A stretch of DNA of 64,000 bases. Source: Candidatus Omnitrophota bacterium (GTDB lineage: Bacteria; Omnitrophota; Gorgyraeia; Duberdicusellales; 4484-171). Positions 56,706-64,000 of this stretch are shown piece after piece. The stretch lies in contig JAIPGM010000003.1 of NCBI GenBank assembly GCA_021735655.1, positions 214,836 through 278,835 on the forward strand, given 5' to 3'. Every line of letters begins with the position of its first letter. Within the stretch, counting starts at the first letter, position 1. The notes below the pieces were generated by a model. That model was not told where the DNA came from. It searched no databases and saw nothing but the letters and a program-made list of their open reading frames with translations. Both the position numbers and the translations under genes were made by a program.

Positions 56706-57514
56706 TGTTAAGGAAAAATATCTTTACCCGAATGGTGAGAAATTTTCTTATCGGGCTTACAGTTTTTAGTCTATTTTTTCTGCTTTGCTATCAACCGGTT
56801 TTTTCTAAAGCAGTTGATGATTTTTTAGTAAAGTTGGGAAAAGGATTTTTGGAAAAAGGACTCTTTAGCGATGCCGAGATAGAGTGTCGTAAGGCTTTGA
56901 TTGTTAATCCGGACAATACCCAGGCTAAGGCTTGTTTGGCTAAGATTCGCCGGATGAGAAAAAACGATCAGCCCCAAAGTTTACAGGTAGTTTGCTTAGG
57001 GGAAGAAGTTGTTTATGAGGTTACCGGTTTTAAAAATAGTGCCTATTCCAAATATGTTTGGGATTTTGGCGATGGGGTTAAGAAGGAATTTGGGGCGAAA
57101 GCCACCCATAGCTACTTGCTTCCTGGAAGATATACAATAGCTGTTTTTGCTGAAGATTTCCAACAAGGACTTTCTTATAGCTCTAGTGGCGGTACGATTT
57201 TAGTAAAAGTTAACCAACCTCCAGTGGCTGATGCCGGTCCGAATAAGGTTTGCTGTCAGGGTAAAGAGGCTATTTTTGATGCTTCTAACTCTTATGATCC
57301 CGATGGAGATAATTTAGTTTACTTTTGGGATTTTGGTGACGGTAATACCGCAAGGGGAGCCAGAGTAAAACATCACTATCCTTTAAATGGAATATATCAG
57401 GTTTCCTTAACAGTTTATGATCAGTCGCAAGATGCTTGCAATGTTGCTACTTCAGGGTTTACTGCCAATGTTCAGGCCTCTCCGGTTGCCGCAATGGAGA
57501 TTATAAGGCAGTAG
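56705..57514 (+). CDS. PKD-domain protein with N-terminal TM anchor and TPR-like segment (two PKD repeats)
   Basis: TM helix LIGLTVFSLFFLLCY; PKD motifs YVWDFGDGVKK and YFWDFGDGNTA; C-terminal ~100 aa paralogous to the C-terminus of the upstream PKD protein; 269 aa. Confidence 0.75.
   Translation: MLRKNIFTRMVRNFLIGLTVFSLFFLLCYQPVFSKAVDDFLVKLGKGFLEKGLFSDAEIECRKALIVNPDNTQAKACLAKIRRMRKNDQPQSLQVVCLGEEVVYEVTGFKNSAYSKYVWDFGDGVKKEFGAKATHSYLLPGRYTIAVFAEDFQQGLSYSSSGGTILVKVNQPPVADAGPNKVCCQGKEAIFDASNSYDPDGDNLVYFWDFGDGNTARGARVKHHYPLNGIYQVSLTVYDQSQDACNVATSGFTANVQASPVAAMEIIRQ
57209..57511 (+). repeat. Paralogous PKD module, copy 2 (3' end of the 269-aa PKD gene)
   Basis: See copy 1. Protein-level identity ...PVADAGPNxVCCQGKExxFDASNSYDPDGDxLxYxWxFGDG...GFTANVQAxPVA... 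Confidence 0.7.
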
Positions 57515-57593
57515 CTGCTAATTTTTTCTCCGCCAAACAACAACCAGGGTAAAAAATGGGACGTTTCGATTTTTTTATGCTATAATTTTAGCC

Positions 57594-58541
57594 ATGGGTT
57601 TACTATTTCTAGCCGTGACAAAGCTTTCCCTGATTACCCTTTTTGGGTTTTTTCTTTATAAAAGAAAAGTCATAACCGACAAGGGCCTTGGCGTTTTGAC
57701 TACCTTGGTTATATATTTTACTGTACCTTTTTTGATTTTTTCAGGCTTGGTTGAGAATTTTCAGATAGTTTTAGCTAATTCAGTTTGGATTTTTCTTTTA
57801 ATATCGGTTGTTATCTTTATTGCCGGCTATCTGCTTGCGGCGGCTGTTTCTTGGAGAAAAAAACACCAAATAAAAAATGAGTTCATTAGCGTGGTAAGTT
57901 TCCAGAATGGAGGATACCTGCCGATGAACATAGCTTTTTTCCTTTTCCCTCCGGGGGTCCGCGAGAAATTTTTAGTCTATATTTTTCTTTATCTTCTCGG
58001 ATACAATATCCTTATGTGGTCTTTGGGGAGTTTTCTAATTTTCCGCAAAAAGGGTGAGCGGTTTCATTACAAATCAATTTTTACTCCGCCGATCATAAGT
58101 ACCTTAGTTGCTTTGTTGTTTATTTACAGCAAGCTGGCCGGTTCAATGCCAAAGATTATTCTTGATCCGATGCAGCTGATTGGTAATATGAGTTTTGTAT
58201 TATCATTAATAATTTTAGGTTGTTGGCTGGCTAAGATTAAGCCAAAGGGTATATCTCAACGTTTGTTGTTAATCGTTGAAGCTAGTATTTTGAAATTAGT
58301 CGTTATGCCGCTTTTATTCTTGATCGGGTTATTGTATTTTAAGGTGTTTTCACTGCTTGGAGTTTTTGTTATAATCGAGGCGGCAATGCCATCAGCAGTT
58401 TCTTTACCGATTATTGCTCATTTACATCGGGCCGACAATGAGTTTATTTCTCAAGGAGTGTTCTTTACCCACATTTTAGGAATTATTACTATTCCCTTAT
58501 GGTTAGGGTTTTTGCAGATTCTCGGGTTTAGTTTTTTATAG
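57594..58541 (+). CDS. AEC-family transporter (auxin efflux carrier / malate permease-like)
   Basis: 315 aa, ~10 TM helices, two-repeat architecture typical of the Mem_trans (PF03547) family. Confidence 0.6.
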   Translation: MGLLFLAVTKLSLITLFGFFLYKRKVITDKGLGVLTTLVIYFTVPFLIFSGLVENFQIVLANSVWIFLLISVVIFIAGYLLAAAVSWRKKHQIKNEFISVVSFQNGGYLPMNIAFFLFPPGVREKFLVYIFLYLLGYNILMWSLGSFLIFRKKGERFHYKSIFTPPIISTLVALLFIYSKLAGSMPKIILDPMQLIGNMSFVLSLIILGCWLAKIKPKGISQRLLLIVEASILKLVVMPLLFLIGLLYFKVFSLLGVFVIIEAAMPSAVSLPIIAHLHRADNEFISQGVFFTHILGIITIPLWLGFLQILGFSFL

Positions 58542-58552
58542 GGTGATTACAG

Positions 58553-59014
58553 ATGAAGACAGTTGCGACCAATAGAAAAGCCAGGCGTGATTACAGTATT
58601 CTTGAGACTTTTGATGCTGGGATTCAGCTGAGAGGTAACGAGGTTAAGTCTCTACGTACCAAAAGCTGTTCTTTGGAAGACAGTTTTGCTCGGATTGAGA
58701 AAGATGAGCTTTTTTTGTATAATATGCATGTTCCTGAGTTTGCCAAGAGCTCGCATTTTAAGAGTGAACCTAAAAGAGTTAGAAAGCTTTTGGTACACAA
58801 AAAGGAAATTAAAAAGCTGATCGGTTCCACTGTCCAAAAGGGCTATACGCTTATACCTTTAAAGATATATTTTAATCAGCGCGGCATTGCTAAAATCGAG
58901 ATTGGTCTAGCTAAAGGAAAGCATTCCTATGATAAACGCAGAAAGATAAAAGAAGATATTACTAAGCGAGAAGCCGAGCGGGCCTTAAAGGTATTTCATA
59001 GGAAACGTCTTTAG
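58553..59014 (+). CDS. smpB: SsrA-binding protein
   Basis: ...NRKARRDYSILETFDAGIQLRGNEVKSLR... classic SmpB; 153 aa. Confidence 0.9.
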   Translation: MKTVATNRKARRDYSILETFDAGIQLRGNEVKSLRTKSCSLEDSFARIEKDELFLYNMHVPEFAKSSHFKSEPKRVRKLLVHKKEIKKLIGSTVQKGYTLIPLKIYFNQRGIAKIEIGLAKGKHSYDKRRKIKEDITKREAERALKVFHRKRL

Positions 59015-59075
59015 TTCGATTGCGTTTTTATAACTAAAATGTTAAGAATAGCTTTGCTAAGGGAGGATAAAGACA

Positions 59076-59861
59076 ATGAGTAAGATTCTGGATTTAGGGA
59101 TTGCAGCAGCTAAAGAAGCTGGCGAATTTTTGCTTGATGGTTTTGGCAAGGTAAGCAAAATTGAGAAGAAGGGCGATCGAGATTTCGCTACCAATCTAGA
59201 TAAAGAGGCCGAGTTGATGATTATTGATAAAATCAAAGCCCAATTCCCTAGTCATGGTATTCTTGCTGAGGAAACCGGAAATAGCGATCTCGACAGTGAA
59301 TATATATGGATCATCGATCCTTTAGATGGGACGCATAACTTTATCCGTAATATAGATATTTTTGGCGTATCTATCGGCATAGTGCATAAGCAAAAGGATT
59401 TTGTTGCCGGAATAATTTATATGCCTAGTTCTGATGAACTCTATATCGCCGAGAGAGGGTCAGGAGCATACAAGAACGATACTAAGATATTAGTTTCTGA
59501 AAATAATGATTTGAAAGAATGCTCAATTGCTTTTGATTCAAGTATCCGCTATACGCCTGGTCCGATGCTGGGTACTTTGGGAGATTTAGCCGAGAAGGTA
59601 TTTAATATTAGAATGTTTGGCTCTTCAGCTCGACATCTCTCTTATGTTGCTGAAGGGGTTCTAGACTTTGTGGTAGAGTTTCATGACCGGCCCTGGGATT
59701 TTGCCGGCGGGGTTTGTATTATTGAGGAAGCCGGTGGCTTCTTGAGCGATTTAAGAGGTGAGCGATTAACCTATAAAACTATAGGCTATATCGCTTCCAA
59801 CAACAGAGTCCACGGGCAAATAGAGGATATTGTCAGGTCAAATCTTAAACTTAAAAGATAG
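59076..59861 (+). CDS. Inositol monophosphatase family protein (SuhB/IMPase-like)
   Basis: Motifs ...EETG... , WIIDPLDGTHNF and ...WDFAGG...; 261 aa. Confidence 0.8.
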   Translation: MSKILDLGIAAAKEAGEFLLDGFGKVSKIEKKGDRDFATNLDKEAELMIIDKIKAQFPSHGILAEETGNSDLDSEYIWIIDPLDGTHNFIRNIDIFGVSIGIVHKQKDFVAGIIYMPSSDELYIAERGSGAYKNDTKILVSENNDLKECSIAFDSSIRYTPGPMLGTLGDLAEKVFNIRMFGSSARHLSYVAEGVLDFVVEFHDRPWDFAGGVCIIEEAGGFLSDLRGERLTYKTIGYIASNNRVHGQIEDIVRSNLKLKR

Positions 59862-59889
59862 TTGACAAGTTATAAATTTTTGGTATCAT
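59862..59889 (+). promoter_or_regulatory. Sigma-70-like promoter (TTGACA, 16 nt spacer, extended -10 TGgTATCAT)
   Basis: ttgaca at 59862-59867; tatcat at 59884-59889, preceded by tgg. Confidence 0.35.
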
Positions 59890-59897
59890 AAAATCCT

Positions 59898-60392
59898 ATG
59901 TGGTTAGCAGCAATATTTATTATTATCGGAATCGCTTCACGTTTAATTCCCCATGTACCTAATTTTTCTCCTTTGGTTGCGGTTGCTCTTTTTTCTGGTG
60001 TTTATTGGAAGAAGCCGTATGGTTATTTACTGCCTTTATCAATCTACATTATTTCTGATTTAATTATCGGTACCCACAATACAATGGCTTTTACTTGGCT
60101 ATCGATCATTATGATCTATGGTTTAGGTACATTTTTAGCTAAGAAAAGAACAGTTGTCACAACCGGTTTTTATGCAATTATTTCATCGGTTTTATTCTTC
60201 GTTGTTACTAACTTAGGCGTATGGATGATGGGCTGGTACCCACCGACCCTTGAAGGTTTGTCAGCTTGCTTTACTTACGCTATTCCTTTTTTCAGGACCT
60301 CTCTTGCAGCAAACTTGGTCTATGTAGTTGTCCTTTTTGGTTCTTATGAATACTTTTCTTCAAGAGTTAAGCTTACTAAAGCGACTGCCTAA
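59898..60392 (+). CDS. Small integral membrane protein (about five TM helices), function unknown
   Basis: 164 aa, highly hydrophobic; no recognisable catalytic motif. Confidence 0.5.
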   Translation: MWLAAIFIIIGIASRLIPHVPNFSPLVAVALFSGVYWKKPYGYLLPLSIYIISDLIIGTHNTMAFTWLSIIMIYGLGTFLAKKRTVVTTGFYAIISSVLFFVVTNLGVWMMGWYPPTLEGLSACFTYAIPFFRTSLAANLVYVVVLFGSYEYFSSRVKLTKATA

Positions 60393-60423
60393 TCTTAGTC
60401 TTAAACAATTCCAAAAAACATCC

Positions 60424-60451
60424 TTTACACCCCTAAAAAAATCGATATAAT
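60424..60451 (+). promoter_or_regulatory. Sigma-70-like promoter upstream of the tRNA-Pro/tRNA-Arg pair (TTTACA, 16 nt spacer, TATAAT)
   Basis: tttaca at 60424-60429; tataat at 60446-60451; about 60 bp upstream of tRNA-Pro. Confidence 0.4.
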
Positions 60452-60511
60452 AAATGAAGCTTATGATTTTTTAAGCTTAGGGTGTAGAAAAATTATTTTG
60501 TTTAATTTGTC

Positions 60512-60589
60512 CGGGGCGTAGCGTAGTTTGGTTAGCGCGTCTGCTTTGGGAGCAGAAGGCCGGTGGTTCGAATCCACTCGCCCCGACCA
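60512..60589 (+). tRNA. tRNA-Pro (anticodon TGG), CCA encoded
   Basis: Acceptor CGGGGCG/CGCCCCG, anticodon stem TCTGC/GCAGA with loop TTTGGGA (anticodon TGG), T-arm GGTGGTTCGAATCCACT, 3' ACCA. Confidence 0.85.
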
Positions 60590-60593
60590 AATT

Positions 60594-60667
60594 GTGCCCG
60601 TAGCTCAATCGGATAGAGCACCTGCCTTCTAAGCAGGATGTTGTAGGTTCGATTCCTACCGGGCACG
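60594..60667 (+). tRNA. tRNA-Arg (anticodon TCT), no encoded CCA
   Basis: Acceptor GTGCCCG/CGGGCAC, D-arm GCTCAATCGGATAGAGC, anticodon stem CCTGC/GCAGG with loop CTTCTAA (anticodon TCT), T-arm GTAGGTTCGATTCCTAC. Confidence 0.85.
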
Positions 60668-60706
60668 CGTATTTTAATTTAGCAGATTTTAATAGTAGGA
60701 GAAGGG

Positions 60707-62026
60707 ATGAAAAAAATATTGATCATTTTGGTATGGATAGCAGTAATCGTGGTTTTGCTACACGTAGCCCTTTTCGTTTTTATCAATTTAAAGGGTAGAG
60801 ATATTATTATAGCTAAACTTCAGAAGGATTTTGGTAGTGAAGCCCGATTAGAATCTATCAGTTTAAGTTTCCCTTTTGCTATAGAGATCAAGAATTTTCG
60901 GAGTAGTGATTTGTCTTTTAGAAAGGCAAAAGCATCCTTAGGTTTATCTAATCCTTTTAGGCGTTTCCTAATCAGTAATCTTTCCCTAGAAGATCCGGTA
61001 ATCAATGTAACCTTAGATAGAAAAGGAGTCAGAGCTGAACCTATTTTTTCTAAGTCTTGGCGTCAGCGTAGTAAAAAAACTCCTGAAGAAATCAAAGAGA
61101 AACCTTCCCTTTCTGGACAAAAAACCAATTTTGAGTCGAGATCTGTAGAGCCAAGACAAATTGAGAATGAAAGTAAGCCAGCAAGAAAGTTTTCTTTAGT
61201 AATAAAAAATATTTACATTAAGGGTGGCCGAATACAACTTACGAATAGATTAAAACGCGAACCAATAGTTACTATAATTAATAATATAGATGCTTATTTA
61301 AAAAATATTTCCTACCCGGATTTAGAGAAGTTTATTCTAGATATCAGTGGAGCTTTAAAAACTGAAGAGGGGGTTTCTCGAAAAAATATAGCTTTAAAGG
61401 GCTGGGTGGATTATTCTAATAAAAATATGGAGGTAGAATTAGGGCTAGATAAAATAGACTATTCTGCTTTTGAAGACTATTATCCGCCTAATTGGAAATT
61501 GGAAGGTTTAGGGGTCAAAGAGGCCTTACTTTCCCTGGAATCTAATTTTGTTTCTGAGAATAATGATTTAACTATTAAAAATACTTTATTTTTAGATAGT
61601 ATTGAGTATCTAGAGCTGGCTGAAGATCAAGAGGGTAGCTCTCGGGCTAAAACTGTGAAAACAATTTTGGCTTTTATTGCCATGGGTGACAATAAGCCAT
61701 CTTTTAACTTTGTAGTTAAAACTAAGATGGACACTCCTAAAATTGATTTTGCTTCGATAAAAGAAAGCTTTAATACAACTTTTAATTTTGGTTTAGGAGG
61801 TATTTTGCAAGGTGCAGCTAACGTTATGCAGGAGAACGTAAAAGAATTGATAAAAGACAATAAAGAGCTTGGTGCTGACGATGCCGTAGAAAGGATGAAA
61901 GAGACTGGCGAAGAGCTTATTGATGCTTTAAAAGATATATTTATTCCTAAGCTTATAGAGATGGGTGAAGAAGGTGCCCTTGAGGCCAAAGAACAGGATC
62001 ACCCTAATCCGGTAGTAGCGCCTTAA
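60707..62026 (+). CDS. Membrane-anchored protein of unknown function (possibly AsmA-like/DUF748-type)
   Basis: N-terminal TM ILIILVWIAVIVVLLHVALFVF; long hydrophilic region with Lys/Glu-rich segments; 439 aa; RBS GGAGAAGGG. Family assignment is weak. Confidence 0.35.
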   Translation: MKKILIILVWIAVIVVLLHVALFVFINLKGRDIIIAKLQKDFGSEARLESISLSFPFAIEIKNFRSSDLSFRKAKASLGLSNPFRRFLISNLSLEDPVINVTLDRKGVRAEPIFSKSWRQRSKKTPEEIKEKPSLSGQKTNFESRSVEPRQIENESKPARKFSLVIKNIYIKGGRIQLTNRLKREPIVTIINNIDAYLKNISYPDLEKFILDISGALKTEEGVSRKNIALKGWVDYSNKNMEVELGLDKIDYSAFEDYYPPNWKLEGLGVKEALLSLESNFVSENNDLTIKNTLFLDSIEYLELAEDQEGSSRAKTVKTILAFIAMGDNKPSFNFVVKTKMDTPKIDFASIKESFNTTFNFGLGGILQGAANVMQENVKELIKDNKELGADDAVERMKETGEELIDALKDIFIPKLIEMGEEGALEAKEQDHPNPVVAP

Positions 62027-62055
62027 TTTTTAGATATTTTGAAATTTTAAATTAC

Positions 62056-62133
62056 GGTGGATGTAGCTCAGGTTGGCAGAGCACTTGATTGTGGTTCAAG
62101 ATGTCGCGAGTTCAAATCTCGTCATCCACCCCA
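62056..62133 (+). tRNA. tRNA-His (anticodon GTG) with genomically encoded G(-1) and CCA
   Basis: G-1 at 62056 pairing with discriminator C73 (62130); acceptor GTGGATG/CATCCAC; D-arm GCTCAGGTTGGCAGAGC; anticodon stem CTTGA/TCAAG with loop TTGTGGT (anticodon GTG); T-arm GCGAGTTCAAATCTCGT; CCA at 62131-62133. Confidence 0.9.
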
Positions 62134-63559
62134 ATGTTCTTTTTTTACCTTCCAGAAGAAAATTAAACGGAATTTTGTAAGAAAATGAGAGATTTTTTTG
62201 AAACAGCCGGAAGTTCAAACCAATTTTTTCCAAGAATTCTCTCTGGGGGGCGGGGTTTGCCGCCAAGGCAATACAACCGGCTTGGTGAGCAAGAGTTAGG
62301 AAGTTTTTCATCGGTTCGAACCATTTCCCGTCACTGTTTTGGGGGTTAGTTTCCCAATCAACCTTCCTGTTTACTAATTGGTATTTTTTCTTTTTATATT
62401 CTTCCTCAGATATCCCGCCGTCAATATATAGATCAAGCAGTTTTTTGAGCTTCTGGTTTATTTCTTCTATCTTTATTTCAGCGCTGCGCTGGGTGTGGAT
62501 TTTACCGGCCTCAAAAAGCCCGATTTCCCGCTTAAGCTCATTCATCATTAGAGAAAAAATGCCGTCATCAAGCTGAATCGCAAGAATGGCCGTTTTGATT
62601 TGTTCGGTTAGCTCTTCCTCGCGGGTGTATTTCTTCTGAGAACAGGGGCCTTTGCGTTTGGTGCAGCGGTAGTAATTATGCCCTTTTTGGTTCTCGGCGG
62701 TGATTTGACAGCCGCATTCAGCGCAGCGCATAAACCCTTTTAGGGCGAAATACCTATTTTTATGGAGGATAGCTTTACTTTTTAATTTTAAAACTTCCTG
62801 AACTATATCAAAGAGTTCTTTATCAATTATGGGCTGGTGGGTGCCTTGATATAGTTCGCCTTTAAAGGAAAAGGCACCGTAGTAAAAAGGGTTATGCAAA
62901 ATTCTTGCGATATTACTGATAACAAGAGGTTTCTTGAATCTCTTGCTCACCAAGCCTAAAGCAGCCGCCAATTTTTTTAAATCGTCCAGAGTATATTTAT
63001 TCTCAGTGCATAAGAGAAAAAGTTTTTTAACCAGCGGCGCCACCGCTTCATCCACTAAGATTTTGCCTTTGCCGTCATTAGTATAACCGATCGGGGCAAA
63101 GCCCGGGTATTCACCACGCCGTAATTTTTCTCTTATGCCGCGCTTGGTATTTTCACTTAGGTTATCCACGTAATACTTTGATTGGCCGAAGCTGATACTA
63201 AGCATAAACTTGCCCTGGGCCGTATTGTCAAAGCGGTAAGTAGGAAAGCGTAAATCAACGATGTTACCGATGTCGGTGAGGTAAATGATTTTTCCGCCGT
63301 CAATGGAGTTTCTAGCCAAGCGGTCAGGATGCCAGGCAATAATGCCATCGGCTTTACCTTGCTCAATAAGTTTAATCATTTGGTTAAAGACCGGCCGGCC
63401 TGGTGACCTGGCAGTTTTTGCTTCCTGGAATTCATCGATAATGGCCAAACCTTCCTTTTTAGCAAACAGTCTTGTTTCGATTAACTGCGATTGGATAGAG
63501 AGGACTTGCTTATCTTCGGTATCAGTAGATTTACGCACGTATAAAAAATATTTGTTCAT
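62096..63559 (-). CDS. Large serine recombinase (resolvase catalytic domain, recombinase domain, zinc ribbon, coiled coil)
   Basis: N-terminus MNKYFLYVRKSTDTEDKQVLSIQSQ (catalytic Ser in the YxRxST context); ...GIIAWHPDRLARN...; zinc-ribbon CAECGCQ...YYRCTKRKGPCSQK; C-terminal tail encoded inside IR-L, with the stop inside the tRNA-His gene. RBS GGGGG upstream of the ATG at 63559 (ORF track starts 11 codons further up at 63592). Confidence 0.85.
   Translation of the reverse strand: MNKYFLYVRKSTDTEDKQVLSIQSQLIETRLFAKKEGLAIIDEFQEAKTARSPGRPVFNQMIKLIEQGKADGIIAWHPDRLARNSIDGGKIIYLTDIGNIVDLRFPTYRFDNTAQGKFMLSISFGQSKYYVDNLSENTKRGIREKLRRGEYPGFAPIGYTNDGKGKILVDEAVAPLVKKLFLLCTENKYTLDDLKKLAAALGLVSKRFKKPLVISNIARILHNPFYYGAFSFKGELYQGTHQPIIDKELFDIVQEVLKLKSKAILHKNRYFALKGFMRCAECGCQITAENQKGHNYYRCTKRKGPCSQKKYTREEELTEQIKTAILAIQLDDGIFSLMMNELKREIGLFEAGKIHTQRSAEIKIEEINQKLKKLLDLYIDGGISEEEYKKKKYQLVNRKVDWETNPQNSDGKWFEPMKNFLTLAHQAGCIALAANPAPQREFLEKIGLNFRLFQKNLSFSYKIPFNFLLEGKKRTLGWMTRFELATS
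62128..62262. repeat. Left 135-bp inverted repeat (IR-L) of the recombinase element; overlaps the last 6 nt of tRNA-His
   Basis: 62128-62262 is the exact reverse complement of 63733-63867 (perfect 135/135, checked by reading both). Starts ACCCCAATGTTC... (ACCCCA = tRNA-His nt 71-76) and ends ...GGGGGGCGGGGTTTGCCG. Confidence 0.9.
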
Positions 63560-63732
63560 TTTTCTAGCCCCCTTTTTTTTAGATATTAGCAATAAAAATA
63601 AAAATCCAGCCCAAGGTATTTTAGGAATTCTGTTTTAAAAAAAATTGGCGGTTGCTTTGACTCTACCTTAAGGACAGAGGGGCTAGATTGCCTTGGGATG
63701 TGCCGAATGGCGCAAGGCTTGCGGAGCAAGCC

Positions 63733-63867
63733 CGGCAAACCCCGCCCCCCAGAGAGAATTCTTGGAAAAAATTGGTTTGAACTTCCGGCTGTTTCAAAAA
63801 AATCTCTCATTTTCTTACAAAATTCCGTTTAATTTTCTTCTGGAAGGTAAAAAAAGAACATTGGGGT
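63733..63867. repeat. Right 135-bp inverted repeat (IR-R) of the recombinase element
   Basis: Perfect reverse complement of IR-L. Encodes on the + strand the same 45 residues (...ANPAPQREFLEKIGLNFRLFQKNLSFSYKIPFNFLLEGKKRTLG) that IR-L encodes for the recombinase C-terminus on the - strand (ORF 63693..63914). Confidence 0.9.
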
Positions 63868-64000
63868 CCCTATATCAAAAAGTCAGAACCCATTTTAAAG
63901 AAAAATACAAATAACGTCTATTCTTATTTTGATCAGCATTACTAAGTTATCGAATCGCAACTGACCATATCGATATAACCACTCCAGCGACATCTAATAG

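Larger units (their letters stand above)
62128..63867. mobile_element. Candidate 1.74-kb invertible/mobile cassette: large serine recombinase bounded by 135-bp perfect inverted repeats, abutting the tRNA-His 3' end
   Basis: IR-L/IR-R geometry as above; only one gene inside; inserted at the 3' end of tRNA-His, with the IR supplying ACCCCA; the window ends 133 bp beyond IR-R, so the right-hand context is unknown. Confidence 0.5.

Noticed and set aside
58553-59075. tmRNA (ssrA) expected near smpB
   Set aside because: No tRNA-like 3' domain (GGTTCGANTCC...CCA) occurs in the smpB flanks. The only T-arm-like sequences in the window belong to the six annotated tRNAs.
63586-63810. 74-aa minus-strand ORF, and its IR-L twin on the plus strand starting at ~62186 (MRDFFETAGSSNQFF...)
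   Set aside because: It exists only because the inverted repeat is open in this frame. It has no RBS and no family resemblance. It is noted because it is duplicated by the IR, but it is probably not a gene.
62096-63867. Prophage or ICE integrated at tRNA-His
   Set aside because: No phage structural, replication or conjugation genes sit between the repeats, and the bounded segment is only 1.74 kb. The repeats are inverted, not direct (att-like). The element is therefore recorded as a recombinase-only inverted-repeat cassette.
1-64000. CRISPR arrays, rRNA genes, toxin-antitoxin pairs
   Set aside because: No regularly spaced short direct repeats, no rRNA-like conserved segments and no small convergent TA-like gene pairs were seen when reading the intergenic regions.

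Overview
This 64-kb window comes from an AT-rich (roughly 38-40% GC by eye) bacterial genome with a diderm-type cell envelope; the evidence is a PilQ secretin and an outer-membrane beta-barrel protein with a C-terminal Phe. Its source is probably an uncultivated lineage.

Most of the window is housekeeping, nearly all on the + strand:
- Recombination and repair: a recA 3' fragment, htrA, recX, and an AddAB-type helicase-nuclease pair.
- Translation: alaS, rplM-rpsI, an unlisted rpsU on the minus strand, smpB, and six tRNAs.
- Biosynthesis: hisD-hisB-hisH-hisA, the riboflavin cluster ribBA-ribH-nusB-PHP-ribD, coaB/coaC, and pyrE.
- Central metabolism and transport: pyk, the glycine-cleavage genes gcvT-H-PA-PB with lplA and lipA, and a phoU/Na-Pi cotransporter pair.

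The accessory content is of three kinds:
1. An extensive type IV pilus / T2SS-like machinery: an orphan GspG-like pseudopilin; a minor-pilin cassette carrying a 523-aa cysteine-rich secreted protein, inserted between lplA and lipA; and a complete assembly operon running HTH regulator, PilM-N fusion, PilO, PilP, PilQ secretin, PilB, PilC, two pilins, terminator. Three of the six canonical prepilins have Ser rather than Gly at position -1.
2. Two adjacent PKD-repeat surface proteins that share a duplicated C-terminal module.
3. At the 3' end of the window, a large serine recombinase gene enclosed by perfect 135-bp inverted repeats. The left repeat supplies the last 6 nt (ACCCCA) of tRNA-His(GUG). 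The repeats also encode the recombinase C-terminal tail, so an inversion would exchange that tail. I rate this the most unusual structure in the window.

No CRISPR array, rRNA or riboswitch was found.
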